Shown here piece by piece: positions 21,081-22,149 of a stretch of DNA of 22,149 nucleotides. Every line of letters begins with the position of its first letter. Within the stretch, counting starts at the first letter, position 1. The stretch comes from Octopus sinensis. Taxonomy: Eukaryota. Under the pieces are notes generated by a model. That model saw only the letters and a list, made by a program, of their open reading frames with translations, was not told the DNA's origin and made no database searches. Made by a program: the position numbers and the translations under genes. Where the stretch lies: assembly GCF_006345805.1 (NCBI RefSeq), contig NW_021836998.1, forward strand, positions 1 to 22,149, read 5' to 3'.

Positions 21081-21249
21081 AACGGTGGTAACATGGCAAC
21101 CATCAGTTTCATGTTGAGAGAAATCTCAACAATTGACAATCCTTCCACATGGGACGTTGGATTTCGTCTCTATCTTGAGTAGCTTTGCAGGTCACAAAAA
21201 AAGAATATTTCTCCACCAATGCAATGCTGAGCATGTATTGCAAAAATCT

Positions 21250-21390
21250 CACCTCCCATCCACATGGTATCGTGTTCAGTTCCACTGCGTGGCACCTAGG
21301 GCAAGTGTCTTCTAATATGACCCCGAGTCGAACAAAGCCATGTGAGTGGATTTGGTAGACGGAAACCGAAAGAAACCCTTCGTAAATATA

Positions 21391-21445
<55 letters not shown>

Positions 21446-21660
21446 TTGTGGCGGTGCTTATCTCTACACCATCGCGAGACAACCGAGGTTGGTTTGTTTA
21501 CTTCCCCACAAATTGCCGAGTCTTTAAAGGAGACTGAATAGAATAAGTACTAGGCTTACAAAGAATAAATCCTGGGATCGATTTCTTTGACTGCAAGCCC
21601 GCTTAAGGTAGTGCTCCAGCATGGCCGCGGTCAAATCACTGAAACAAGTAAAAGGAAAAA
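21250..21660 (+). mobile_element. SINE family A, 5'-degraded, with internal (TG)n
   Basis: gtgttcagttccactgcgtggcacc...ggtagacggaaacc...gaataagtactaggcttacaaagaataa...ccagcatggccgcggtc. Confidence 0.87.
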
Positions 21661-21695
21661 TAGGTAAAAATAGACAAGACATTAGCTTTAATAGC

Positions 21696-21808
21696 TAGAT
21701 AGATAGATAGATAATAGATAGAAGATAGATAGATAGATAGATAGATATATAGATAGATAATGAGATAGTGATAGATATAGATAGATAGATAGATGTAGAT
21801 AGTAGATA

Positions 21809-21895
<87 letters not shown>
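21696..21895. repeat. (GATA)n microsatellite
   Basis: Visible tandem units. Confidence 0.95.
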
Positions 21896-22149
21896 TTCCT
21901 ATACCAACCGGCTCACATAAACATTCTCTCACACTTGTGTGAGTGAGCATCTGTGTGCCGATGTGTGTATATGAACCCACGTATATGTAACGTGCCGTAG
22001 AATCATTATCGTACTATATTTCTATCTATTAGGATATCTTTATAACGATAACGATATCCCATCCCATATCTATTAATCAGTATTAAGTCACCGTTGCAAG
22101 AAAATGGATATAGGATAGGGTATATAATGTAAGATGGCGTTTACATGGC

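Noticed and set aside
191-22149. Most ORFs in the track (HT, YI, CV, MYVC, poly-N/L/I/D/H/M/S/V)
   Set aside because: They are translations of microsatellites or SINEs, with no protein-like complexity.
1-22149. CRISPR array, rRNA, intact tRNA or prokaryotic systems
   Set aside because: No repeat-spacer periodicity or such genes were seen. The tRNA-like boxes belong to SINE heads.

Overview
AT-rich, microsatellite-saturated animal intronic or intergenic DNA. The repeat families and repeat density suggest a coleoid cephalopod, probably Octopus; this is inferred from recall, not from a search. No intact protein-coding gene is visible, and almost all listed ORFs are microsatellite translation artefacts. 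The window is a layered set of retroelement fossils. It holds copies of two tRNA-derived SINE families (here A and B), a decayed Penelope-like element (RT plus GIY-YIG) with an oppositely oriented hammerhead ribozyme motif beside it, four R4/Dong-type RLE non-LTR fragments, a hAT MITE, two foldback elements, and two unidentified non-coding repeats (C and D), each present twice. The most notable structure is two same-polarity chains of elements strung on (TAA)n tracts (2896-4281 and 12388-15763). The three minus-strand Dong-type fragments share a covarying 3' UTR stem-loop, and non-coding element C sits between (TAA)n tracts in both copies.
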